DNA of 64,000 nucleotides. Source: Candidatus Thorarchaeota archaeon. GTDB taxonomy: Archaea > Asgardarchaeota > Thorarchaeia > Thorarchaeales > Thorarchaeaceae. This document shows positions 47,002-56,113 of the stretch, piece by piece (position 1 is the first letter of the stretch; every line of letters starts with the position of its first letter). Made by a program: the position numbers and the translations under genes. The stretch covers positions 32,001-96,000 of the forward strand of contig JBHIAE010000002.1 of assembly GCA_046758445.1 (NCBI GenBank), in the 5' to 3' direction. Under the pieces are notes generated by a model, which worked only from the letters and a program-made list of their open reading frames with translations, searched no databases and was not told where the DNA came from.

Positions 47002-48267
47002 ATGTCTGAAGAGAAGGTCGGAAACCGGAATCTTGTCATTATCGGTGCTATTGTCGTTCAGCTTTGCCTGGGCTCAATCTACGCCTGGTCATTCTTCCAG
47101 ACCGCCCTGAGAGGCGGTGTATACACATGGTCTGCTTTCTTCACGCAGCTTCCGTTTGCCGCTGGTCTGGCTTCGTTTGCTCTGTTCATGATCTTTGCAG
47201 GAAGATGGCAGGATCGAGTAGGCCCACGAAGAGTCGCCACAATAGGTGGAGTACTTCTCGGTCTGGGCTACATACTCGCATATCTGGTCGACTTCGTAGC
47301 GTTTGGGGATGAGTTGATCGGAACTCTATGGCTTGTCATCACATATGGAATCATTGGCGGTGCCGGAATTGGTTTCGCGTATGTCTGTCCTATCGCGGCG
47401 CTAGTGAAGTGGTTCCCTGACAAGAAGGGGGCGATCACTGGAATCGCGGTCGCTGGATTTGGTGCTGGGGCACTTGTCTTTGGCTATGTGGAACAGTTCT
47501 TGCTAGGCATGTTTAACGTGCCTACACTCTTACAGATCGGTACGCCTTTCCTAGTCTTGGGTGTCACATATCTCATCCTGGTTGTTCTCGGCTCCCAGGT
47601 GCTCACAAACCCACCAGAAGGTTGGGTACCAGCCGGCTATGTTCCACCCGTAACAACCGCTGATGGAAAAGGTGTTGATATCCTTCCGGGTCAGATGATA
47701 CGAACCTCAAGCTTCTGGTTACTCTGGTTGATGTTCGTCTTCGCAGCGACTGCTGGTCTCATGACTCTGGGCAACGTTAAGTCCGCTGCATTGATCATTG
47801 ATCCCCTAGCAGATGCAGTCATTATCGTTGGTGTGATGAGCATCCTGAATGCAGCAGGTCGAATTGTCTGGGGAGCAACTTCTGACAAGCTTGGGCGTGA
47901 GAACACGATGGCCCTGATGTTCATAGTCCTCGCACTGGCGATGTTCACGTTCGCATGGATGTCAACCATCACAATCAGCTGGCTTGCAGTGATGGGGATC
48001 GCATCACTGATTGGCTTCTGTTTTGGTGGCAACTTTGCACTTTTCCCATCTGCCACTGCAGACTTCTTCGGCAGCAAGAACGTTGGGAAGAACTATGGAG
48101 TGATGTTTACAGCCTATGGTATTGCAGGCATCACTGGAGCCTTTGTTGCGGGTCCAATTGTTGATGCCACTGGGTCGTACTTCATGGCCTTCATTGTCAC
48201 CGGCGTCCTTGCGATTATCGCTGTGATATTCACTGTCATTCTGAAGTCCATGCGCAAGAACGTGTAG
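47002..48267 (+). CDS. MFS transporter, oxalate:formate antiporter (OFA) family
   Basis: LGSIYAWS.F, GR.QDR.GPR, KWFPDKKG...G.AV.GFG.G, FG.KN.G.NYG. Confidence 0.9.
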   Translation: MSEEKVGNRNLVIIGAIVVQLCLGSIYAWSFFQTALRGGVYTWSAFFTQLPFAAGLASFALFMIFAGRWQDRVGPRRVATIGGVLLGLGYILAYLVDFVAFGDELIGTLWLVITYGIIGGAGIGFAYVCPIAALVKWFPDKKGAITGIAVAGFGAGALVFGYVEQFLLGMFNVPTLLQIGTPFLVLGVTYLILVVLGSQVLTNPPEGWVPAGYVPPVTTADGKGVDILPGQMIRTSSFWLLWLMFVFAATAGLMTLGNVKSAALIIDPLADAVIIVGVMSILNAAGRIVWGATSDKLGRENTMALMFIVLALAMFTFAWMSTITISWLAVMGIASLIGFCFGGNFALFPSATADFFGSKNVGKNYGVMFTAYGIAGITGAFVAGPIVDATGSYFMAFIVTGVLAIIAVIFTVILKSMRKNV

Positions 48268-48284
48268 AAGCAAGAACTCGGTCA

Positions 48285-48352
48285 GAGGTCATAGACAATC
48301 CGTCTTTGGCCTCTCCTTGTTTCTTCCTGCAAGTCTTCCTATTCTTCCTCTT
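48285..48352 (+). terminator. hairpin plus pyrimidine-rich tract after the MFS gene
   Basis: AGAGGTCA...TGGCCTCT stem followed by CT-rich runs. Confidence 0.4.
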
Positions 48353-48441
48353 GATCTGAAATTGGCACTATTGGACAAGCTTCATAAGGAGGTGCTTTCG
48401 CGCCGTCGACCAAAGCATCGATGCTTATGGTGACAAGTCCC

Positions 48442-50433
48442 ATGTCTGATGAAAAGAAGATCACAGTCACGAGCCAGGAGGAGAGACGATTCGCACCCCC
48501 AAAGAGTTTCGTCGACAAGGCCTACATCAAGAGTCATGATGAGAGGATGAAACTCTGGAAGGAGTCTGTTGAGAATCCCGACGAGTTCTGGCTCAAGATC
48601 ACAAAGGAAATGATCCATTGGAAGAAGGAGCCTACTAAGGGGTTCGATTTCAAGGATAAGGAGAAGATCCTCTTCACCTGGTTCGAGGATGGCATCACCA
48701 ACATGGCCTACAACTGTCTGGACAAGCACGTCGAGGCCGGTAAGGGTGATCAGGTGGCCCTTATCTGGCAGGGTGATCCAATAGATGAGTCCAAGACCTA
48801 CACCTACACGGAGCTACTCAGTGAGGTCAACAAGGCCGCCAATGTTCTGAGGAATCTCGGTGTGAACAAAGGCGACAGGATCACGATGTACATGCCCATG
48901 ATCCCTGAACTCGCCATTATCATGCTAGCGAGTGTGAGGATCGGAGCAATTCACAGCATAGTCTTCGGTGGTTTCACAGCGGACTCTTTGAAGGACAGAA
49001 TCCTCGATTGTGAGGGCAAAGTTCTGGTCACGGCTGATGGTTACTATCGTAACGGCAAGATAGTCCCCCAGAAGAAGAATGCTGACAGAGCTCTCGAGGA
49101 GACCCCGATTGTCGAGAAGGTCCTAGTGGTTCAGAGAATGGATATGGAGGACACTCCTTGGACCGAAGGCCGAGACCTCTGGTATCACGAGGAGTACGCG
49201 AAGGTCGATGACAAGTGCGAGCCCGAATGGTTGAACGCGGAAGACCCGCTCTTCATCCTCTACACCTCAGGCTCAACTGGAAAACCAAAGGGAGTCCTTC
49301 ATACTACTGGAGGATACATGACATATACGACTTACACGTTCAAGACCATCTTCGACTGGCATCCTGGTGACGTCTACTGGTGCACTGCGGACATCGGTTG
49401 GATCACTGGACACTCCTACATTGTCTACGGTCCCCTGTCAGCTGGAGCCACTACAATGATGTTCGAAGGCACTCCAACGTACCCCTCGAATGACCGGTTC
49501 TGGCTAGAAGTGGAACGTTGGAAGGTCACACAGTTCTACACTGCTCCTACCGCCATCAGGGCTCTGATGAGATTCGGTGATGAGCCCGTGAAGAAACACG
49601 ACCTTTCATCGTTGAACCTGCTCGGTACTGTCGGCGAGCCCATCAACCCCGAGGCGTGGATGTGGTATCATGAGGTTGTAGGAAATGAGAACTGCCCCAT
49701 TGTTGACACGTGGTGGCAGACAGAAACAGGAGGGATAATGATAACCCCTCTCCCAGGTGCTACACACACGATTCCGGGAAGCACCACTCATCCATTCTTC
49801 GGTATTGAGCCGATGATAGTTGACGAGGCGGGAGTCCCAGTCGGCCCGAATGAGGGTGGATACCTATGTATCCGTAAACCTTGGCCGGGGCTAATGCGAA
49901 CAGTCTACGGTGACCATGAAAGGTTCATCAATACTTACTTCGTACAATACAAGGACCCTGAAACCGGCCTGCCTATGTACATGACGGGAGACGGCTCCCG
50001 CTACAACGAAGACGGGTACTATTTTGTCATGGGCAGGATAGATGATGTCCTAAAAGTATCAGGCCATCGTCTGGGCACGGCAGAGATAGAATCTGCGTTG
50101 GTGAAACACCCAGCGGTATCTGAGTGCGCAGTCGTCGGATTCCCACATGACATCAAGGGTGAGGACATCTACGTGTTCGCCACGCTGAGGCTCGGCGTTG
50201 AGAAGACCGAAGACTTGAGGCAGGAGCTAAGACTACATGTACGCAGAGAGATTGGGCCAATCGCCACTCCTGCAAAAGTGCAGTTCGCCGACGCACTTCC
50301 AAAGACCCGTTCTGGCAAGATCATGCGACGGATTCTGAAGAGAATCGCAGCAGGTCAGATTGATGATATCGGTGACACTACGACATTGGCGGACCCGACG
50401 GTCGTTGAAACCCTCATCAAAGAGAGGTTGTAG
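48442..50433 (+). CDS. acs: AMP-forming acetyl-CoA synthetase
   Basis: YTSGSTGKPKG, WWQTETGG, GRIDD, SGHRLG, PKTRSGKIMRR. Confidence 0.97.
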   Translation: MSDEKKITVTSQEERRFAPPKSFVDKAYIKSHDERMKLWKESVENPDEFWLKITKEMIHWKKEPTKGFDFKDKEKILFTWFEDGITNMAYNCLDKHVEAGKGDQVALIWQGDPIDESKTYTYTELLSEVNKAANVLRNLGVNKGDRITMYMPMIPELAIIMLASVRIGAIHSIVFGGFTADSLKDRILDCEGKVLVTADGYYRNGKIVPQKKNADRALEETPIVEKVLVVQRMDMEDTPWTEGRDLWYHEEYAKVDDKCEPEWLNAEDPLFILYTSGSTGKPKGVLHTTGGYMTYTTYTFKTIFDWHPGDVYWCTADIGWITGHSYIVYGPLSAGATTMMFEGTPTYPSNDRFWLEVERWKVTQFYTAPTAIRALMRFGDEPVKKHDLSSLNLLGTVGEPINPEAWMWYHEVVGNENCPIVDTWWQTETGGIMITPLPGATHTIPGSTTHPFFGIEPMIVDEAGVPVGPNEGGYLCIRKPWPGLMRTVYGDHERFINTYFVQYKDPETGLPMYMTGDGSRYNEDGYYFVMGRIDDVLKVSGHRLGTAEIESALVKHPAVSECAVVGFPHDIKGEDIYVFATLRLGVEKTEDLRQELRLHVRREIGPIATPAKVQFADALPKTRSGKIMRRILKRIAAGQIDDIGDTTTLADPTVVETLIKERL

Positions 50434-50445
50434 AACTAACATTCC

Positions 50446-50480
50446 AAGGACGGGTTCAGCCCCGTCCTTCAACCTCTTTC
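50446..50480 (+). terminator. terminator-like hairpin after acs
   Basis: AAGGACGGG-TTCAGC-CCCGTCCTT (9-bp perfect stem) followed by pyrimidines. Confidence 0.6.
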
Positions 50481-50560
50481 ACAGGCTTCAGCAGAGGAAA
50501 GGCCTCTCTAGAGGCGATTTGTGCAGATATCTAAGAGTTTAATAGCCTAGAACACTTAAC

Positions 50561-50937
50561 TATAGTTTAGCCGTCTGGGAAAGATGGTTCACATAGGTGT
50601 CTGGGCTCAACGTGTTGAGCAAAGCCATAAACCCAATCGGAAGTTGGCTGAGCGTTAAGACACGAAGGGCAGATTGGAAATTGACATTGTGAGCAACGAA
50701 GTATCGGTTCGACGATATTAGTCGCGAAAAAGAACGCAATGTCGATTGGGAAGAATCGAAACCCTTTGCGAACCTATCTCAGATGGCTATCTTGCGTTTT
50801 GGGATTATTGTCAGGCGGGCCATAACGCCGATTGTCTATTTCAGACTTCTCAAGATCACATGATCTCTTCGACGTAGACTACTCGGCGATTATAACGGAG
50901 AACTAATATGGCTTGGCGGAGATGCTACTTAACTATA
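50561..50937 (+). ncRNA. candidate RNase P/MRP-like RNA, divergent
   Basis: Ordered P1/P2/P4/P5-7/P10-11/P12-like helices and CR-I/II/IV/V-like motifs found by hand; G-U pairs favour the + strand; no ORF. Confidence 0.55.
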
Positions 50938-50960
50938 ATTAACTGTCGGGTAAGATTACG

Positions 50961-52295
50961 ATGAACAGACTTGGTATCCGCAGGTTCACATATCTCTTGA
51001 CCTTCTCTTTGATTGTTGTGTTAGGTCTTGTGGGCCCGTCAGTTGCCCCCGCTATTGAGGGCGCAGTGCTGTCTCAAGATGCATTCAATGTTGAGGTAGC
51101 GTTTCCAAATCTCCAGTTCAACAGCGCCGTTGATCTTCAGAATGCAGGTGATGGGACCAATCGGCTCTTTGTTGTGGAGAAGGATGGCATCATCCGCGTC
51201 TTCAATAACGACCGTGATACATCAGTCGCGTCGGTGTTCCTTGACATCAGCTCTGTGGTGAGTGCCATAGGAACTGAGGAAGGACTCTTGGGTCTAGCGT
51301 TTCATCCGGACTACGCCGTAAATGGCTACTTCTACGTGAACTACATAGCCTCCGGTCCACGAAGAACGGTCATTGAACGTTACAATGTGAGCGCTACAAA
51401 CCCGGATCAAGCAGATGCTTCCAGTGCTCTTACAATTCTTGAGATTCCCCAACCCTATTCGAATCACAATGGTGGACAGATTGCCTTCGGTAGCGATGGG
51501 TACCTGTACATTGCAGTAGGAGATGGCGGAAGCTCAGGCGATCCTCAGGGGCATGGACAAGACAAGACCACGTTGCTTGGGTCTCTCTTGCGCATTGATG
51601 TTGACAATCCGGATGGTGGGTTAGACTACGGAATCCCGACCGACAATCCGTTCTACGGGAACCTTGATGGATTTGCGGACGAGATATTCGCTTTCGGATT
51701 TCGCAATCCCTGGAGATTCAGCTTTGATCCTGTCACTGATTGGCTGTGGCTAGCTGACGTGGGACAGAGTTCGCTCGAAGAAATCGATATTGTAGAGTCC
51801 GGTCAGAACTACGGTTGGAATGTCAAGGAAGGTGAATTATGCTTCAATCCGTCGTCAGGGTGCAACGAAACTGGACTCATATCTCCAATCTGGAACTACA
51901 CACGCACCCAAGGCATTTCTGTCACCGGGGGCTATGTGTTCCGTGGTTCGAGAAATCCTGAGCTCGTTGGGAAATACATCTATGGTGACTTCGGTTCAGG
52001 GCTGATTTGGTCCCTAGAGTATGACGGAATCAACCCCGCCATCAACTCCGAGCTTGCAGACACTTCAATCAACATTGCATCATTTGGAGTCGATGAAGAT
52101 GGCGAGCTTTACATAGTTGCATTGGCCGGTACCATCTATCGGTTCGAGAACACTGCAACCACGGCCACTACAACCGGTACGACAACCACAGATACTACGA
52201 CAACAACGCTGCCGTTTGACCCCACAACACTGCTCCTGGCAGGAGGAATTGCTGGAGTGGTTGCCGTTGTCGTGATCATAATCCGGAGAAGGTAG
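50961..52295 (+). CDS. PQQ-dependent sugar (glucose/sorbosone) dehydrogenase family, secreted and membrane-anchored
   Basis: E.GLLGLAFHP, NHNGG.I.FG.DG.LY...GDGG, GFRNPWR; signal peptide, Thr-rich linker, C-terminal TM with RRR. Confidence 0.9.
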   Translation: MNRLGIRRFTYLLTFSLIVVLGLVGPSVAPAIEGAVLSQDAFNVEVAFPNLQFNSAVDLQNAGDGTNRLFVVEKDGIIRVFNNDRDTSVASVFLDISSVVSAIGTEEGLLGLAFHPDYAVNGYFYVNYIASGPRRTVIERYNVSATNPDQADASSALTILEIPQPYSNHNGGQIAFGSDGYLYIAVGDGGSSGDPQGHGQDKTTLLGSLLRIDVDNPDGGLDYGIPTDNPFYGNLDGFADEIFAFGFRNPWRFSFDPVTDWLWLADVGQSSLEEIDIVESGQNYGWNVKEGELCFNPSSGCNETGLISPIWNYTRTQGISVTGGYVFRGSRNPELVGKYIYGDFGSGLIWSLEYDGINPAINSELADTSINIASFGVDEDGELYIVALAGTIYRFENTATTATTTGTTTTDTTTTTLPFDPTTLLLAGGIAGVVAVVVIIIRRR

Positions 52296-52341
52296 ACTAG
52301 TCAATTTCAATTTGGCATGTGAGAGTGCCCGCAAAGGCCTC

Positions 52342-52968
52342 TCATACCATTTCTTTCTCGGGTGAATTGTCCCCGAACTTAGACAAAGATGGTAGAAAAC
52401 GACCAGTGTAATCCATGTAGTCCAAGTACTCACTCTCAAACTGATCAATGAGAATCCCTTCCTCTCTCCTAGCTATCCAATAGAAGGGAATCGCAACGAA
52501 TATGGCGAATAGAACGAGTAACAAGTTGGCCGTGATTAGTGAAACGGACAAGGAGAACAGATTGAAGGTCGTGTACATTGGATGACGAACTCTACTGTAG
52601 GGTCCCACGGTTATTAGCTCGTGCTGCTCTTGAATCTCCCACTTTGCTGAATACTGTCTTCCTAATGTGTGATGAATCCATACAAGAAGAGCTATGCCGA
52701 CCACAGCCAATCCTACTCCAAACCAGCGAACAAATGAAGGCAGAGGCAGGTGAAACACCTGTATCCACTGAGGGACAACAATGTAGAGACCAATAGAAGC
52801 AAAGTACCCAAGAATAGCGAAACTGAGTGCAACTACGGCCTTGGTTCTCTGACTATACTCCTTCTCACTAGTTCTCCCAAGAGTCTGGCTCCTGTAATAG
52901 ACTCTGACTCCTGCAAAGACAGCATAGGTGGCAATGAACACGATCTTAAACATCAGTTCATCATCCAT
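52342..52968 (-). CDS. isoprenylcysteine carboxyl methyltransferase (ICMT/PEMT) family protein
   Basis: H.LIT.GPY..VRHPMY, EE..L...F...Y..Y...T.RF. Confidence 0.88.
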   Translation of the reverse strand: MDDELMFKIVFIATYAVFAGVRVYYRSQTLGRTSEKEYSQRTKAVVALSFAILGYFASIGLYIVVPQWIQVFHLPLPSFVRWFGVGLAVVGIALLVWIHHTLGRQYSAKWEIQEQHELITVGPYSRVRHPMYTTFNLFSLSVSLITANLLLVLFAIFVAIPFYWIARREEGILIDQFESEYLDYMDYTGRFLPSLSKFGDNSPEKEMV

Positions 52969-53085
52969 GGACGCACACCTCATGATGCAAGGTACCCAAC
53001 AACATAAAAACATACCTTTGGGTCATTTTTGATTCTCTCGGGTCAGTTTATATACGAGAATGTGTAGGAATGACTGTGATTCATT

Positions 53086-53694
53086 ATGCCCAAAGTCGTA
53101 CCTGAGTATAAGGAAGAGGCAAAGAGGAGAATAATGAAACACGCGACGAAGCTATTCTCTGAGAGAGGGTACTCCAAGACTAGGATGATCGACATCGCAA
53201 AGAGTATGGGTGTGAGCAAGGGAGCAATCTATCAGTACTTCAGAAGCAAACAAGACCTCCTCATGTCAGTACTTCAAACACACACAGATACTAGGGGGAG
53301 AGAAGTGAGAAAGGTCTTAGACTCTGAAAACATCACCGCTATTTCCACTGGGGAGTTCTTCGATAGGATGCTAGCATTGCGGATGGGCTCACTTGCTCTT
53401 GGCCTAGACCTTCTCAGCGAAGCTGCCACGAACAGATCAGTCTTGCAGTGGATTCGGGGGAGTTACGAGTTGTGGGTGGAGGGCCTCTCCGGCATGATTG
53501 ACGGGTTCATAACTAGTGGCGTCATTAGGAGAAGTGTTGATTCGGAATCTTTAGCTAGAGGAATCCTAGCTCTGCGGGATGGCCTATACAGCGCACTCGA
53601 TCTGGGAAGTGACAAATCAAAGGCTCGAAGGGCTTGGGTCACTGTGATGAGTTCTCTAATGAAGGAGGTTCTTGTAGAATCCAAGACTCCTTGA
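53086..53694 (+). CDS. TetR/AcrR family regulator
   Basis: F.E.GY..T...DIA...GVSKGAIYQYF.SK. Confidence 0.92.
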   Translation: MPKVVPEYKEEAKRRIMKHATKLFSERGYSKTRMIDIAKSMGVSKGAIYQYFRSKQDLLMSVLQTHTDTRGREVRKVLDSENITAISTGEFFDRMLALRMGSLALGLDLLSEAATNRSVLQWIRGSYELWVEGLSGMIDGFITSGVIRRSVDSESLARGILALRDGLYSALDLGSDKSKARRAWVTVMSSLMKEVLVESKTP

Positions 53695-53759
53695 TTCAAA
53701 GACAGTGAGTGCCATGTGGATAGCAATTTAAGACTGAGAAACTGAATAGGGACGATAGG

Positions 53760-54146
53760 ATGATAGAAATCAAGCCCTCCCTATGCACCGAATGCCGAAT
53801 CTGTATGACGATCTGTTCTTGGACTCACTATAGCGAGTACAACATCAAACGCGCTCGCATAGCAGTCGAAGCTGAATGGCCGAAGACGCCTCAGATTGGA
53901 GTGTGCCAAGCCTGTGCGGGTCATGAATGTGTGCAGGCCTGCTCTCAAAATGCTTTGACGTGGGAGAGTTGGATTCTGCTTGACAAGGAAAGATGTAACT
54001 CATGCAGAGAGTGCGTTGAAGCATGTCCGGTTGACGGCATCACCATGGACCCAATCACAAATCTGCCCCTAGTATGCGATACTTGCGAGGGCGACTTTCA
54101 ATGCGTGGCATGGTGTCCCACTCAAGCTTTGCTGAAGGGCGTATGA
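53760..54146 (+). CDS. 4Fe-4S dicluster electron-transfer subunit (AOR-associated)
   Basis: Four CxxC..C...C groups (HybA/DmsB-like). Confidence 0.88.
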   Translation: MIEIKPSLCTECRICMTICSWTHYSEYNIKRARIAVEAEWPKTPQIGVCQACAGHECVQACSQNALTWESWILLDKERCNSCRECVEACPVDGITMDPITNLPLVCDTCEGDFQCVAWCPTQALLKGV

Positions 54147-55969
54147 AGATGGAAGACTGGCGTGGCTACATCGGGAAGATCCTGGATATTGATCTTAGCG
54201 GCGGTACTGCCACCGAACTAGAGCTGGATAGGGGCATGGCCGAAAGGTTTTTGGGAGGCAAGGGTTTTGGCGCAAAAATCCTGTTTGAACAGTTACCACC
54301 CCAATGCGACCCTCTCTCACCCAAGAATATCTTGGTCTTTGCTACAGGACCGCTGACAGGAACGTTTGCACCCGCCAGTGGGCGATTTGAGGTCTGCACC
54401 AAAAGCCCGGCAACAGGCCTCTGGCTAGACTCCAATTGCGGCGGCTTCTTTGGACCAGAATTGAAACAAGCCGGATATGACAGCATCATTATTCGAGGGC
54501 GAGCATCAGATCCGGTACTTCTTGTCATTGAAGACGATTCCACAGATTCTCGGGATGCTGCCAACCTCTGGGGCAAGGATGCTCTGACAACTCATCAGCG
54601 GATAAAGGATGAACTCAGAACAGATTTCCGGATTGCTTGTATTGGGCCAGCAGGAGAAGAGGGAGTGAGGTATGCGTCCATAATATCGGAATACCGTGCC
54701 CTAGGCAGAGGCGGAGCAGGAGCTGTGATGGGCTCCAAGAATCTCAAGGCCATTGCAGTCAAGGGCAGGAAGAGTATCTCTGTGCATGATCAAACGCGAT
54801 TCATGAAGACCTGCCGTGAAGCCTTCAATGAACTGGCCATTCATCCGGACACTGGAGGGGGTCGGCAGAAATACGGCACCAATGTGATTCTATCACTAAC
54901 AGAAGAAGTCGGAATACATCCAGTACGGAACTACCAGAAGGGACAGTTTGAGGGTGCTGACCGAGTCAATGAGCACACTATCGTAGACTTGTATGTTAGG
55001 AACAGAGCTTGTTTTGGCTGTCCAATCTATTGCAGCAAGATCGCCGAAGTAAAGGAAGGAACGTACAAGGGCAGTTTCACTGAAGGGCCGGAGTACGAGA
55101 ACGTCTGGGCCTTTGGAGCCAATTGTGAGAACGCTGATCTGGGAGCCATTGTCCAAGCCGAGTATCTCTGCGACTACTATGGCCTAGACGGTATCTCAAC
55201 AGGTGGTGTCATCGCTTTCCTAATGGAATGTGTCGAGAAGGGCATACTCTCTGAGTCTGACATCGGATTCTCTCTGGACTTTGGCAATGCTGAATCAATC
55301 ATAAAGGCCGTTCACCTGATTGGAAGGAGGGAGGGCCCTGGAATGCTCTGGGGTGAGGGCGTGAAACGGATGGCAGAGAAGCTCGAGGGCGCACAGGACC
55401 TAGCCATGCATGTGAAAGGATTGGAGCTCCCGGCCTATGATCCGAGAGGCTCCACGGGCATGGCTCTCGCCTACGCAACCAGCGACCGCGGCGGCTGTCA
55501 TCTTCGTTCTTGGCCCATTGGCGAGGAGCTGCTTGCCACTGAGAACAGACTGGATCTGGTGTCTGTAGAGCTGAAACCCGAACTGGTGAAGACACAACAG
55601 GACCTCTTCTGCTTGATCAACTCTACCGGGATGTGTCTCTTTGTAACCTTTGCACTGAATCTGAAACAGATCACCGCCTTCCTCCATGAGGCCACAGGAA
55701 TAGAGGCATTTGCATCATCTGCTGAACTGCTGAAGATCGGTGAACGTGTCAACAACCTTGTCAGGCTCTTCAACATCAGGGAAGGACTGACCAAAGAACT
55801 GGACACACTGCCCAAGCGGTTCTTCGAACAACCCCTCAGAGAAGGTCCAAGCAAGGATCAAGTCGTCGAGTTGGAGCTATTGATGGAAGAATACTACACC
55901 GTACGAGGTTGGGATTCAGATGGCGTCCCAACTAAGGAGAAGTTAAAGGAACTCACCATTGAGCAATAG
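54143..55969 (+). CDS. aor: aldehyde:ferredoxin oxidoreductase family (W/Mo-pterin)
   Basis: GGKG.G, KSP.TG, GRGG.GAVMGSKNLKAI, C..CP..C, EYE, D..GLD.IS, RG.CH. Confidence 0.93.
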   Translation: MKMEDWRGYIGKILDIDLSGGTATELELDRGMAERFLGGKGFGAKILFEQLPPQCDPLSPKNILVFATGPLTGTFAPASGRFEVCTKSPATGLWLDSNCGGFFGPELKQAGYDSIIIRGRASDPVLLVIEDDSTDSRDAANLWGKDALTTHQRIKDELRTDFRIACIGPAGEEGVRYASIISEYRALGRGGAGAVMGSKNLKAIAVKGRKSISVHDQTRFMKTCREAFNELAIHPDTGGGRQKYGTNVILSLTEEVGIHPVRNYQKGQFEGADRVNEHTIVDLYVRNRACFGCPIYCSKIAEVKEGTYKGSFTEGPEYENVWAFGANCENADLGAIVQAEYLCDYYGLDGISTGGVIAFLMECVEKGILSESDIGFSLDFGNAESIIKAVHLIGRREGPGMLWGEGVKRMAEKLEGAQDLAMHVKGLELPAYDPRGSTGMALAYATSDRGGCHLRSWPIGEELLATENRLDLVSVELKPELVKTQQDLFCLINSTGMCLFVTFALNLKQITAFLHEATGIEAFASSAELLKIGERVNNLVRLFNIREGLTKELDTLPKRFFEQPLREGPSKDQVVELELLMEEYYTVRGWDSDGVPTKEKLKELTIEQ

Positions 55970-56113
55970 TAGTCTTGCGTCTAGCATTGCTGCGATGAGT
56001 CTTGACGACTCAAGTCAAGCACCCCAGTTGAATAAGCTACTTTCAAATAACACACAGGATTGATATCCCCCAATCATACAATGCTGACGTCTACGCAAGA
56101 TTGAGGTCTTATC

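Noticed and set aside
50492-50515. GAGGAAAGGCC as the RNase P CR-I motif
   Set aside because: It has no complementary CR-V partner downstream and sits in a local hairpin (GCCTCT/AGAGGC); the 50617-50629 motif has a perfect partner.
50581-50915. Group I or group II intron, or cobalamin/raiA-type RNA
   Set aside because: No domain V or GUGYG start, no P7 (R/S) core, no B12 box, and it does not interrupt a gene.
52342-52968. ICMT plus alpha/alpha-toroid protein as a eukaryote-like prenylation system
   Set aside because: Both families are widespread in prokaryotes, the genes are 9 kb apart, and no CaaX-type substrate is evident.
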